Below, piece after piece: positions 20,350 through 31,442 of a stretch of DNA of 64,000 nucleotides. A model generated the notes under the pieces. It was not told the DNA's origin, did not search any database, and saw only the letters and a program-made list of their open reading frames with translations. Numbering within the stretch: position 1 is the first letter of the stretch; every line of letters begins with the position of its first letter. Where the stretch lies: NCBI RefSeq assembly GCF_000027125.1, contig NC_017626.1. One strand, 5' to 3'. Position numbers and translations under genes: made by a program. The DNA comes from Escherichia coli 042 (GTDB taxonomy: Bacteria; Pseudomonadota; Gammaproteobacteria; Enterobacterales; Enterobacteriaceae).

Positions 20350-22251
20350 ATGGCAGGGAAGTTTCGCTGCATTTTGCTGTTGATAGCAGGGCTGTTTGTA
20401 TCATCTCTAAGTTATGCAGAAAACACGGAGATCCCTTCTTATGAAGAAGGGATCTCGCTCTTTGATGTTGAAGCCACTCTGCAACCGGACGGGGTGCTCG
20501 ACATCAAAGAGAACATTCATTTTCAGGCGCGAAATCAGCAGATTAAGCACGGATTTTATCGTGATTTACCACGACTATGGATGCAGCCTAATGGTGACGC
20601 TGCACTGCTGAACTATCATATTGTTGGCGTCACCCGTGATGGTGTTCCTGAACCCTGGCATCTTGACTGGCATATCGGTTTAATGAGTATTGTCGTGGGC
20701 GATAAACAACGTTTCTTGCCTCAAGGTGACTATCATTATCAAATTCATTATCAGGTTAAAAATGCTTTCCTGCGTGAGGGAGATTCTGATCTGTTAATCT
20801 GGAACGTGACCGGTAACAAGTGGCCGTTTGAAATCTATAAGACCCGATTTTCTCTCCAGTTCTCTAATATTGCGGGTAATCCATTTAGCGAAATCGATCT
20901 CTTTACCGGAGAAGAGGGCGACACATATCGAAATGGCCGCATCCTTGAGGACGGAAGAATTGAATCCCGCGATCCGTTTTATCGTGAAGACTTCACGGTC
21001 CTCTACCGCTGGCCTCACGCTTTACTTAGCAATGCCCCGGCTCTACAAACGACGAATATTTTCAGCCATCTTCTTTTACCCTCCACGTCATCGTTGTTAA
21101 TTTGGTTTCCGTGTCTGTTCCTGGTTTGTGGATGGTTATATCTCTGGAAGCGCAGGCCGCAATTTACGCCGGTAGATGTGATTGAAACCGATGTCATTCC
21201 GCCAGATTACACACCCGGCATGTTACGTCTCGATGCGAAGCTGGTTTACGACGATAAAGGTTTTTGTGCCGATATCGTAAATCTGATTGTGAAAGGCAAA
21301 ATTCATCTGGAAGATCAGTATGACAAGAACCAGCAAATCCTGATTCGTGTTAATGAAGGCGCGACCAGAAATAATGCGGTATTACTGCCCGCAGAGCAGT
21401 TATTACTGGAAGCGTTATTTCGTAAAGGCGATAAGGTCGTTCTTACGGGGAGACGCAACAGAGTCTTACGCAGGGCATTTTTACGGATGCAGAAATTTTA
21501 TCTGCCGCGTAAAAAGTCTTCGTTTTACCGATCTGATGCGTTTTTGCAATGGGGCGGAATGGCAATATTGGCGGTCATTCTCTACGGTAACCTGAGTCCC
21601 GTAGGCTGGGCAGGAATGAGTCTGGTAGGCGATATGTGTATTATGATCTGCTGGCTTCTTCCTTTTTTATTTTGTTCCCTTGAGCTTTTATTTGCCCGCG
21701 ATGATGACAAGCCTTGCGTTAATCGTGTAATCATCACTTTGTTTTTACCACTGATTTGTTCAGGCATGGCTATTTACTCTCTCTACATCAATGTCGGAGA
21801 TGTATTCTTTTACTGGTATATGCCAGCGGGTTATTTTAGCGCTGTTGTCCTGACCGGTTATCTCACTGGCATGGGGTATATTTTTCTGCCAAAGTTTACC
21901 CAAACTGGGCAGCAACGTTATGCCCACGGTGAAGCTATCGTTAACTATCTTGCGCGTAAAGAGGCAGCAACACACAGTGGGCGGCGGCGGAAAGGGGAAA
22001 CACGGAAACTGGATTACGCGTTGTTAGGTTGGGCGGTCTCGGCAAACCTTGGCAGAGAATGGGCAGCACGTATCACCCCATCACTCACAGCGGCTGTTCG
22101 CGCCCCGGAAATTGCCCGTAGTGGCGTTTTATTCTCATTACAGACGCACCTGAGTTGCGGGGCCTATACCAGTTTGTTGGGGCGGAGCTATTCCGGTGGT
22201 GGTTCTGGCGCTGGTGGCGGTGCGGGTGGCGGAGGCGGTGGTGGCTGGTAA
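20350..22251 (+). CDS. yciQ: YciQ, predicted inner membrane protein (DUF2207) with Gly-rich C-terminal tail
   Basis: 633 aa; signal sequence plus several hydrophobic segments; C-terminus GGGSGAGGGAGGGGGGGW. Confidence 0.88.
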   Translation: MAGKFRCILLLIAGLFVSSLSYAENTEIPSYEEGISLFDVEATLQPDGVLDIKENIHFQARNQQIKHGFYRDLPRLWMQPNGDAALLNYHIVGVTRDGVPEPWHLDWHIGLMSIVVGDKQRFLPQGDYHYQIHYQVKNAFLREGDSDLLIWNVTGNKWPFEIYKTRFSLQFSNIAGNPFSEIDLFTGEEGDTYRNGRILEDGRIESRDPFYREDFTVLYRWPHALLSNAPALQTTNIFSHLLLPSTSSLLIWFPCLFLVCGWLYLWKRRPQFTPVDVIETDVIPPDYTPGMLRLDAKLVYDDKGFCADIVNLIVKGKIHLEDQYDKNQQILIRVNEGATRNNAVLLPAEQLLLEALFRKGDKVVLTGRRNRVLRRAFLRMQKFYLPRKKSSFYRSDAFLQWGGMAILAVILYGNLSPVGWAGMSLVGDMCIMICWLLPFLFCSLELLFARDDDKPCVNRVIITLFLPLICSGMAIYSLYINVGDVFFYWYMPAGYFSAVVLTGYLTGMGYIFLPKFTQTGQQRYAHGEAIVNYLARKEAATHSGRRRKGETRKLDYALLGWAVSANLGREWAARITPSLTAAVRAPEIARSGVLFSLQTHLSCGAYTSLLGRSYSGGGSGAGGGAGGGGGGGW

Positions 22252-22463
22252 TCAAGCTGATGTTAATCGAAACAAGCTTTAACCATAAAGATAGTGTAGT
22301 ATGTTGCGCCTCAAAGCCAGGCCAGTTAAAACGTCGAGTCGTTTACTTAAGGCCTGAAGAGTTCAAACAGACTTTACTATCAGTGAGTCAGATGTAAGTT
22401 CTGACTCACTGTTGCACAAAAGCATATCAGACGCCTGGGAAGGCGACACCAAAAGGAAGCTCT

Positions 22464-23339
22464 ATGAGCGAAAAGCTACAGAAAGTGCTGGCGCGTGCCG
22501 GCCACGGTTCTCGCCGTGAAATCGAATCTATTATTGAAGCCGGTCGTGTGAGTGTTGATGGCAAAATTGCTAAACTCGGCGATCGTGTTGAAATTACCCC
22601 TGGATTGAAAATCCGTATCGATGGTCACCTGATTTCGGTACGTGAGTCCGCTGAACAAATTTGTCGCGTTCTGGCCTATTACAAACCGGAAGGTGAGTTG
22701 TGTACCCGTAACGATCCGGAAGGGCGTCCAACGGTATTTGACCGTCTGCCAAAGCTGCGTGGCGCACGCTGGATTGCCGTAGGTCGCCTGGACGTTAACA
22801 CCTGTGGTCTGCTGCTGTTCACCACCGACGGTGAACTGGCAAACCGTTTAATGCATCCAAGCCGTGAAGTTGAACGTGAATATGCCGTGCGTGTATTTGG
22901 TCAGGTTGACGACGCGAAACTGCGTGATTTGAGTCGTGGCGTGCAGCTGGAAGATGGTCCGGCAGCTTTTAAAACCATCAAGTTCAGCGGCGGCGAAGGG
23001 ATCAACCAGTGGTACAACGTTACTCTGACCGAAGGCCGTAACCGTGAAGTTCGTCGTCTTTGGGAAGCGGTTGGTGTGCAGGTAAGCCGCTTGATCCGTG
23101 TTCGTTACGGTGATATCCCACTGCCAAAAGGTCTGCCACGCGGTGGCTGGACGGAGCTGGACCTCGCCCAGACTAACTATCTGCGCGAACTGGTGGAGCT
23201 ACCGCCAGAAACCAGCTCTAAAGTCGCTGTAGAAAAAGACCGTCGTCGTATGAAGGCGAATCAGATTCGTCGTGCGGTTAAGCGTCACAGTCAGGTGAGC
23301 GGCGGTCGTCGCTCTGGTGGACGTAATAATAACGGTTAA
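22464..23339 (+). CDS. rluB: 23S rRNA pseudouridine synthase B
   Basis: 291 aa; S4-like N-terminal domain, RsuA-family core, Arg-rich C-tail. Confidence 0.94.
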   Translation: MSEKLQKVLARAGHGSRREIESIIEAGRVSVDGKIAKLGDRVEITPGLKIRIDGHLISVRESAEQICRVLAYYKPEGELCTRNDPEGRPTVFDRLPKLRGARWIAVGRLDVNTCGLLLFTTDGELANRLMHPSREVEREYAVRVFGQVDDAKLRDLSRGVQLEDGPAAFKTIKFSGGEGINQWYNVTLTEGRNREVRRLWEAVGVQVSRLIRVRYGDIPLPKGLPRGGWTELDLAQTNYLRELVELPPETSSKVAVEKDRRRMKANQIRRAVKRHSQVSGGRRSGGRNNNG

Positions 23340-23378
23340 TCAAAGTATGCCGGACGTCATATCCGGCATTTTTACAGA

Positions 23379-23969
23379 TTAGTAATCAATCCCTATCTGC
23401 GCTTTTACACCGGCATCAAACGCATGTTTGACGGGGCGTAATTCACTTACCGTATCCGCCAGTTCAAGAATATCCCGATGACAGCCCCGACCCGTAATAA
23501 TGACAGTTTGCTGATGTGGACGTTCATTTAACGCCTGCACCACTTCTTCCAGTGGCAAATAGTCATACGCCACCATATACGTCAGCTCATCGAGCAAAAC
23601 CATATCCAGTGAAGGATCGGCAAGCATCCGCTTTGCATGTTGCCAGACTTCGCGGCAGGCGGCGGTATCAGACTCGCGGTTTTGTGTATCCCAGGTAAAG
23701 CCCGTTGCCATTACCTGAAATTCAACGCCGTGTGGCTCCAGCAGATTGCGTTCGCCATTAGGCCAGGTGCCTTTAATAAACTGCACGACGCCCACTTTTT
23801 TTCCGTGACCAACTGCGCGTGTTGCCGTACCAAATGCCGCGGTGGTTTTGCCTTTTCCATTGCCGGTAAAGACGATGATAATACCGCGTTCATCCTGGGA
23901 CTGGGCCACACGGGCATCTACTTTTTCTTTCACTCGCTGCTGACGCTGTTGGTAGCGTTCATCACTCAT
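23379..23969 (-). CDS. cobA: Cob(I)yrinic acid a,c-diamide adenosyltransferase
   Basis: 196 aa; P-loop GNGKGKTTAAFG; K-12 synteny (btuR). Confidence 0.94.
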   Translation of the reverse strand: MSDERYQQRQQRVKEKVDARVAQSQDERGIIIVFTGNGKGKTTAAFGTATRAVGHGKKVGVVQFIKGTWPNGERNLLEPHGVEFQVMATGFTWDTQNRESDTAACREVWQHAKRMLADPSLDMVLLDELTYMVAYDYLPLEEVVQALNERPHQQTVIITGRGCHRDILELADTVSELRPVKHAFDAGVKAQIGIDY

Positions 23970-24724
23970 TGGGAAATTCCTGGTTTACGGCCCGGTTGGG
24001 CGTCAAAGGTCATGCCGGTTTTACGGCGGCTGTCATCACCCATCAGCCAGAGGTAGAGCGGCATGATATCAGCGGGTGTTTTAAGTTTCTGTGGATCTTC
24101 GGTCGGGAAGGCGCTGGCACGCATTGCGGTGCGCGTACCGCCTGGGTTAATACAGTTGACGCGCAGGCGCTGCTGATATTCATCGGCCAGTACCTGCATC
24201 ATCCCTTCGGTGGCAAATTTCGACGCTGCATATGCGCCCCAGTTTGCACGCCCCTGACGTCCAACGCTTGATGAAGTAAAGACCAGTGAACCCGCGTCCG
24301 ATTTGAGTAATAAAGGAAGCAGTGCCTGGGTGAGCATAAAGGTGGCATTAACGTTGACCTGCATAACGTCCTGCCAGACCTGCGGATTTTGTTCGCTCAT
24401 TGGGCAAACATCGCCGAGCAATCCGGCATTATGCAAAACACCATCCAGACGCGGATAATTAACGGCAATGCGCTGTGCCAGTTGTTGGCAATCTTCGGAC
24501 GTGCAGGTCAGCAAATCGAGAATAAACCACTGTGGCTGACGCCCTGTTTCTTCGTTGATGTGGCTGGCTACCTGACGTAATTTTTCTTCATTACGGCCCA
24601 ACAGAATCACTGTCGCACCATAGCGTGCATACGTTATCGCGGCTTCACGACCAATACCATCGCTGGCTCCTGTTACCAGGATAATGCGATCATTGAGTAA
24701 ATCTTGTTTTGGCTGGTAATGCAT
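23966..24724 (-). CDS. yciK: YciK, short-chain dehydrogenase/reductase
   Basis: 252 aa; Rossmann motif VTGASDGIG; overlaps cobA start by 4 nt. Confidence 0.93.
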   Translation of the reverse strand: MHYQPKQDLLNDRIILVTGASDGIGREAAITYARYGATVILLGRNEEKLRQVASHINEETGRQPQWFILDLLTCTSEDCQQLAQRIAVNYPRLDGVLHNAGLLGDVCPMSEQNPQVWQDVMQVNVNATFMLTQALLPLLLKSDAGSLVFTSSSVGRQGRANWGAYAASKFATEGMMQVLADEYQQRLRVNCINPGGTRTAMRASAFPTEDPQKLKTPADIMPLYLWLMGDDSRRKTGMTFDAQPGRKPGISQ

Positions 24725-24943
24725 GGCTACTCCTCAACGACGTTGTCTGTCGCGCTGCCAGTGTACTTTAAGACTTTGGGGCTTTATGCCTGAAACAGAA
24801 GGGCATTTCAATCAGCCTGGGGCGATAACACCGCAAAATGGATACTTTGTCATACTTTCGCTGCAATAACATCTCTGCGAGACGGCTTAACATGCCTGTT
24901 GTAAACTGTGAGCCAAAGCGTTGTTTAACCAAGGTGGGGACTC

Positions 24944-25993
24944 GTGGAATTGTTGTCTGAATATGGTTTGTTTTTGGCGAAAATCGTTACCGTTGTGCTA
25001 GCGATTGCGGCGATTGCCGCCATTATTGTCAATGTTGCTCAACGTAATAAACGCCAGCGTGGCGAGTTACGGGTCAACAATCTCAGCGAACAGTATAAGG
25101 AGATGAAAGAAGAACTGGCCGCGGCGCTGATGGACACTCATCAGCAAAAACAGTGGCATAAAGCGCAGAAGAAAAAGCACAAGCAAGAAGCGAAAGCAGC
25201 GAAAGCGAAAGCCAAACTGGGCGAGGTGGCAACTGACAGTAAACCTCGCGTCTGGGTGCTGGATTTTAAAGGCAGCATGGACGCCCATGAAGTGAACTCG
25301 CTACGTGAAGAGATAACGGCGATACTCGCAGCATTTAAACCGCAGGATCAGGTTGTGCTACGTCTGGAAAGCCCTGGTGGCATGGTGCATGGTTACGGGC
25401 TGGCGGCTTCGCAGCTGCAGCGTCTGCGTGATAAAAACATTCCTTTAACTGTTACGGTAGACAAAGTTGCTGCCAGTGGCGGTTACATGATGGCCTGTGT
25501 GGCAGACAAAATTGTTTCCGCACCGTTTGCTATTGTGGGTTCCATTGGCGTGGTGGCACAAATGCCCAACTTTAACCGCTTCCTGAAAAGCAAAGATATT
25601 GATATCGAACTGCACACCGCCGGGCAGTATAAGCGCACGCTGACCTTGCTGGGTGAAAACACCGAAGAAGGGCGGGAGAAATTCCGCGAAGAGCTGAACG
25701 AAACGCATCAGTTATTTAAAGATTTTGTGAAGCGTATGCGTCCGTCTCTGGATATTGAACAGGTGGCAACGGGTGAACACTGGTACGGACAACAGGCGGT
25801 AGAGAAAGGCCTGGTTGATGAAATCAACACCAGTGATGAAGTTATTCTTAGCCTGATGGAAGGCCGTGAAGTGGTCAATGTACGCTATATGCAGCGTAAA
25901 CGACTCATTGACCGATTCACCGGCAGCGCGGCAGAGAGCGCCGATCGATTGTTGCTACGCTGGTGGCAGCGGGGGCAAAAGCCATTGATGTAA
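24944..25993 (+). CDS. sohB: SohB, S49-family periplasmic protease
   Basis: 349 aa; N-terminal membrane anchor; K-12 synteny. Confidence 0.93.
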   Translation: MELLSEYGLFLAKIVTVVLAIAAIAAIIVNVAQRNKRQRGELRVNNLSEQYKEMKEELAAALMDTHQQKQWHKAQKKKHKQEAKAAKAKAKLGEVATDSKPRVWVLDFKGSMDAHEVNSLREEITAILAAFKPQDQVVLRLESPGGMVHGYGLAASQLQRLRDKNIPLTVTVDKVAASGGYMMACVADKIVSAPFAIVGSIGVVAQMPNFNRFLKSKDIDIELHTAGQYKRTLTLLGENTEEGREKFREELNETHQLFKDFVKRMRPSLDIEQVATGEHWYGQQAVEKGLVDEINTSDEVILSLMEGREVVNVRYMQRKRLIDRFTGSAAESADRLLLRWWQRGQKPLM

Positions 25994-26028
25994 AAGACAA
26001 ACGCGAGGGTAAGACCTCGCGTTTTGCT

Positions 26029-26280
26029 TTAATCAACCAGGTGATATTTTTCTGAAAGCACATGGGCCAGGTGTTTGAACATATTAAACACCGCAGTGCT
26101 TTTGGCTGTTGGCAATCCTTGTTCATCTAAAAAGTAGTCGCCGGTAAATACCAGCACGCCATTACGCTGCGTGACGCCGGTGGCTTCAATCCCTGCGAGC
26201 GTATCCTCATGCTCACGAATGATTTTATTGGCCTCTTTCAACAGCGTTTCGCGGTCGATGGGTTGTGTCTCTTTGTTCAT
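26029..26280 (-). CDS. yciN: YciN (DUF2498)
   Basis: 83 aa; K-12 synteny. Confidence 0.9.
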
Positions 26281-26659
26281 TATTTACTCCTTAAACAAGG
26301 ACATTAGTCTACGCCAGGCATGGCTTGCAGACAAATATACCACGCTGGTGGCAAGAGCGCCTTACTGGCAACTTTGGATTTTGCATGCTAATAAAGTTGC
26401 GTATCGGATTTTATCAGGTACAGTGTGACGCTTTCGTCAATCTGGCAATAGATTTGCTTGACATTCGACCAAAATTCCGTCGTGCTATAGCGCCTGTAGG
26501 CCAAGACCTGTTAACTCAGTCACCTGAATTTTCGTGAACAGAGTCACGACAAGGGGTTGATATCCGCAGAGAACGAGTCCATATCGGTAACTCGTTGCCA
26601 GTGGAAGGTTTATCAACGTGCGACGCATTCCTGGAAGAATCAAATTAGGTAAGGTGAAT

Positions 26660-29257
26660 ATGGGTAAAGCTCTTGTCATCGTTGAGTCCCCGGCAAAAGC
26701 CAAAACGATCAACAAGTATCTGGGTAGTGACTACGTGGTGAAATCCAGCGTCGGTCACATCCGCGATTTGCCGACCAGTGGCTCAGCTGCCAAAAAGAGT
26801 GCCGACTCTACCTCCACCAAGACGGCTAAAAAGCCTAAAAAGGATGAACGTGGCGCTCTCGTCAACCGTATGGGGGTTGACCCGTGGCACAATTGGGAGG
26901 CGCACTATGAAGTGTTGCCTGGTAAAGAGAAGGTCGTCTCTGAACTGAAACAACTGGCTGAAAAAGCAGACCACATCTATCTCGCAACCGACCTTGACCG
27001 CGAAGGGGAAGCCATTGCATGGCACCTGCGGGAAGTGATTGGTGGTGATGATGCGCGCTATAGCCGAGTGGTGTTTAACGAAATTACTAAAAACGCGATC
27101 CGCCAGGCATTTAACAAACCAGGTGAGCTGAATATTGATCGTGTTAATGCCCAGCAGGCGCGTCGTTTTATGGACCGCGTGGTGGGATATATGGTCTCTC
27201 CACTGCTGTGGAAAAAGATCGCCCGCGGTCTCTCTGCGGGAAGGGTACAGTCCGTTGCTGTTCGTCTGGTGGTGGAGCGTGAGCGTGAAATTAAAGCCTT
27301 CGTCCCGGAAGAATTCTGGGAAGTAGACGCTAATACCACGACGCCTTCTGGCGATGCACTGGCGTTGCAGGTGACTCATCAAAACGACAAACCTTTCCGC
27401 CCGGTTAATAAAGAACAGACTCAGGCGGCACTGAGTTTGCTGGAAAAAGCGCGTTACAGCGTTCTGGAACGCGAAGATAAACCTACCAGCAGCAAGCCTG
27501 GTGCGCCGTTTATCACTTCTACTTTGCAACAGGCAGCCAGCACACGTCTTGGTTTTGGCGTTAAAAAAACCATGATGATGGCGCAGCGTTTGTATGAAGC
27601 AGGCTATATCACTTACATGCGTACCGACTCCACCAACCTGAGTCAGGACGCGGTAAATATGGTTCGCGGTTATATCAGCGATAATTTTGGTAAGAAATAT
27701 CTGCCGGAAAGTCCGAATCAGTACGCCAGCAAAGAAAACTCACAGGAAGCGCACGAAGCGATTCGTCCTTCTGACGTCAATGTAATGGCGGAATCGCTGA
27801 AGGATATGGAAGCAGATGCGCAGAAACTGTACCAGTTAATCTGGCGTCAGTTCGTTGCCTGCCAGATGACCTCAGCGAAATATGACTCCACGACGCTGAC
27901 CGTTGGTGCGGGCGATTTCCGCCTGAAAGCACGCGGTCGTATTTTGCGCTTTGATGGCTGGACGAAAGTGATGCCTGCACTGCGTAAAGGCGATGAAGAT
28001 CGTATCTTACCGGCAGTCGATAAAGGCGATGCTTTGACACTCGTTGAACTGACACCAGCCCAGCACTTTACCAAGCCGCCAGCCCGTTTCAGTGAAGCAT
28101 CGCTGGTTAAAGAGCTGGAAAAACGCGGTATCGGTCGTCCGTCTACCTATGCGTCGATCATTTCGACCATTCAGGATCGTGGCTATGTGCGTGTAGAAAA
28201 CCGTCGTTTCTATGCGGAAAAAATGGGCGAAATCGTCACCGATCGCCTTGAAGAAAATTTCCGTGAGTTAATGAACTACGACTTCACCGCACAGATGGAA
28301 AACAGCCTCGACCAGGTGGCAAATCACGAAGCAGAGTGGAAAGCTGTACTGGATCACTTCTTCTCGGATTTCACCCAGCAGTTAGATAAAGCTGAAAAAG
28401 ATCCGGAAGAGGGTGGTATGCGCCCGAACCAGATGGTTCTGACCAGCATCGACTGCCCGACCTGTGGTCGCAAAATGGGTATTCGCACAGCGAGCACCGG
28501 GGTATTCCTTGGCTGTTCCGGCTACGCTCTGCCACCGAAAGAGCGTTGCAAAACCACCATCAACCTGGTGCCGGAAAACGAAGTGCTGAACGTGCTGGAA
28601 GGTGAAGACGCTGAAACCAACGCGCTGCGCGCAAAACGTCGTTGCCCGAAATGCGGCACGGCGATGGACAGCTATCTCATCGATCCGAAACGTAAGTTGC
28701 ATGTCTGTGGTAATAACCCAACCTGCGACGGTTACGAGATCGAAGAGGGCGAATTCCGCATTAAAGGTTATGACGGCCCGATCGTTGAGTGTGAAAAATG
28801 TGGATCTGAAATGCACCTGAAAATGGGGCGTTTCGGTAAATACATGGCCTGCACTAACGAAGAGTGTAAAAACACGCGTAAGATTTTACGTAACGGCGAA
28901 GTGGCACCACCGAAAGAAGATCCGGTGCCATTACCGGAGCTGCCGTGCGAAAAATCAGATGCTTATTTCGTGCTGCGTGACGGTGCTGCCGGTGTGTTCC
29001 TGGCGGCCAATACCTTCCCGAAATCGCGTGAAACACGTGCGCCACTGGTGGAAGAGCTTTATCGCTTCCGCGACCGTCTGCCGGAAAAACTGCGTTATCT
29101 GGCCGATGCGCCACAGCAGGATCCGGAAGGTAATAAGACCATGGTTCGCTTTAGCCGTAAAACCAAACAGCAATATGTCTCTTCGGAAAAAGACGGAAAG
29201 GCGACTGGCTGGTCAGCATTTTATGTTGATGGCAAATGGGTTGAAGGGAAAAAATAA
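26660..29257 (+). CDS. topA: DNA topoisomerase I
   Basis: 865 aa from [22 protein letters not shown] (ORF track start 26618 is upstream in frame); Toprim domain and C-terminal zinc ribbons CPTCGRKM. Confidence 0.97.
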   Translation: MGKALVIVESPAKAKTINKYLGSDYVVKSSVGHIRDLPTSGSAAKKSADSTSTKTAKKPKKDERGALVNRMGVDPWHNWEAHYEVLPGKEKVVSELKQLAEKADHIYLATDLDREGEAIAWHLREVIGGDDARYSRVVFNEITKNAIRQAFNKPGELNIDRVNAQQARRFMDRVVGYMVSPLLWKKIARGLSAGRVQSVAVRLVVEREREIKAFVPEEFWEVDANTTTPSGDALALQVTHQNDKPFRPVNKEQTQAALSLLEKARYSVLEREDKPTSSKPGAPFITSTLQQAASTRLGFGVKKTMMMAQRLYEAGYITYMRTDSTNLSQDAVNMVRGYISDNFGKKYLPESPNQYASKENSQEAHEAIRPSDVNVMAESLKDMEADAQKLYQLIWRQFVACQMTSAKYDSTTLTVGAGDFRLKARGRILRFDGWTKVMPALRKGDEDRILPAVDKGDALTLVELTPAQHFTKPPARFSEASLVKELEKRGIGRPSTYASIISTIQDRGYVRVENRRFYAEKMGEIVTDRLEENFRELMNYDFTAQMENSLDQVANHEAEWKAVLDHFFSDFTQQLDKAEKDPEEGGMRPNQMVLTSIDCPTCGRKMGIRTASTGVFLGCSGYALPPKERCKTTINLVPENEVLNVLEGEDAETNALRAKRRCPKCGTAMDSYLIDPKRKLHVCGNNPTCDGYEIEEGEFRIKGYDGPIVECEKCGSEMHLKMGRFGKYMACTNEECKNTRKILRNGEVAPPKEDPVPLPELPCEKSDAYFVLRDGAAGVFLAANTFPKSRETRAPLVEELYRFRDRLPEKLRYLADAPQQDPEGNKTMVRFSRKTKQQYVSSEKDGKATGWSAFYVDGKWVEGKK

Positions 29258-29286
29258 CCTTTAATTCTGTCAGGTTTTTATAAACA

Positions 29287-29316
29287 AAGGGTCGCGAAAG
29301 CGGCCCTTTTTTATTG
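29287..29316 (+). terminator. Terminator after topA
   Basis: GC hairpin followed by tttttt. Confidence 0.5.
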
Positions 29317-29442
29317 CATATTATTTTTTCTTCACACCTATACACTAAGGCTATAAATGATATAGTGGTTATAGTTAGCACCTTTTTTATTATTAAATCG
29401 TATTAGTCACCCGCCAGGTGTGACGAAAAAACGATGTTCTGA

Positions 29443-30441
<999 letters not shown>

Positions 30442-30771
30442 TTTCTTGCGTTATTTCCGGCACCTTTTATGTAGAGAAGGTGCCGGAATATATTCTCTTT
30501 TGTTGCTTATTTGTATCCGCTGCACAATATTTTTATCCCTCATATTTATAGGGTAAATTACTTGTAAAGTAGTGTCTAATTACCCGCCTCGCAAACTCCA
30601 GTTTTCAAATATCTATTTCAGGTCAAAAGATTGAATTATTCACTGGAGACGATTCGTAAATTCGCTGGATTTTTGACTAAAGTTTCTTTAGGATTTGTCT
30701 CATCGTATGATTAATTACACCAATCGTTCAACGTCTTGCTGATAAGTGATGGCGATTATATGAGGTTAGCA

Positions 30772-30900
30772 ATGCCTTCTGGAAATCAGGAACCCCGCCG
30801 GGACCCTGAATTAAAACGCAAAGCCTGGCTGGCGGTATTTCTTGGTTCTGCACTTTTCTGGGTGGTTGTCGCACTGCTGATTTGGAAAGTGTGGGGATAA
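30772..30900 (+). CDS. ymiA: Small membrane protein YmiA (42 aa)
   Basis: MPSGNQEPRRDPELKRKAWLAVFLGSALFWVVVALLIWKVWG; single TM helix. Confidence 0.75.
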   Translation: MPSGNQEPRRDPELKRKAWLAVFLGSALFWVVVALLIWKVWG

Positions 30901-30902
30901 CT

Positions 30903-31070
30903 ATGGTCGGTCAGGAGCAACTGGAGTCGTCACCATTATGTCAGCATAGTGACAATGAACCAGAAACGAAACGGGAATGTTCCGTCGTTATTCCAGACGA
31001 CTGGCAACTAACAACGCAGCAGCAAGCCTTTATAGAACTGTTTGGTGAAGATGATCAGCCGAAACAATAA
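30903..31070 (+). CDS. yciX: Small protein YciX (55 aa)
   Basis: ATG 2 nt after ymiA stop; MVGQEQLESSPLCQHSDNEPETKRE.. Confidence 0.75.
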   Translation: MVGQEQLESSPLCQHSDNEPETKRECSVVIPDDWQLTTQQQAFIELFGEDDQPKQ

Positions 31071-31442
31071 TTATCATCATTCTTATTACCCATTTTTAAT
31101 CAATTAAAGGGCTTTTAATACACCGCAGCAATAACAGGTTGAGTTATCTCAACACAAAGTAATAACCGTTAAGGGTGTAGCCTATGATCAACACAAATAT
31201 GAAATATTGGTCCTGGATGGGCGCATTTTCTCTGTCGATGCTCTTCTGGGCCGAACTCCTCTGGATCATTACTCACTGATCCCTGACCCCGCTGCGGCGG
31301 GGTTTTCATTTGCTTTGCCACAAGGTTTCTCCTCTTTTATCAATTTGGGTTGTTATCAAATCGTTACGCGATGTTTGTGTTATCTTTAATATTCACCCTG
31401 AAGAGAATCAGGGCTTCGCAACCCTGTCATTAAGGAGGAGCT

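Noticed and set aside
26783-27529. 248-aa ORF antisense to topA
   Set aside because: Nested antisense frame within topA; no support.
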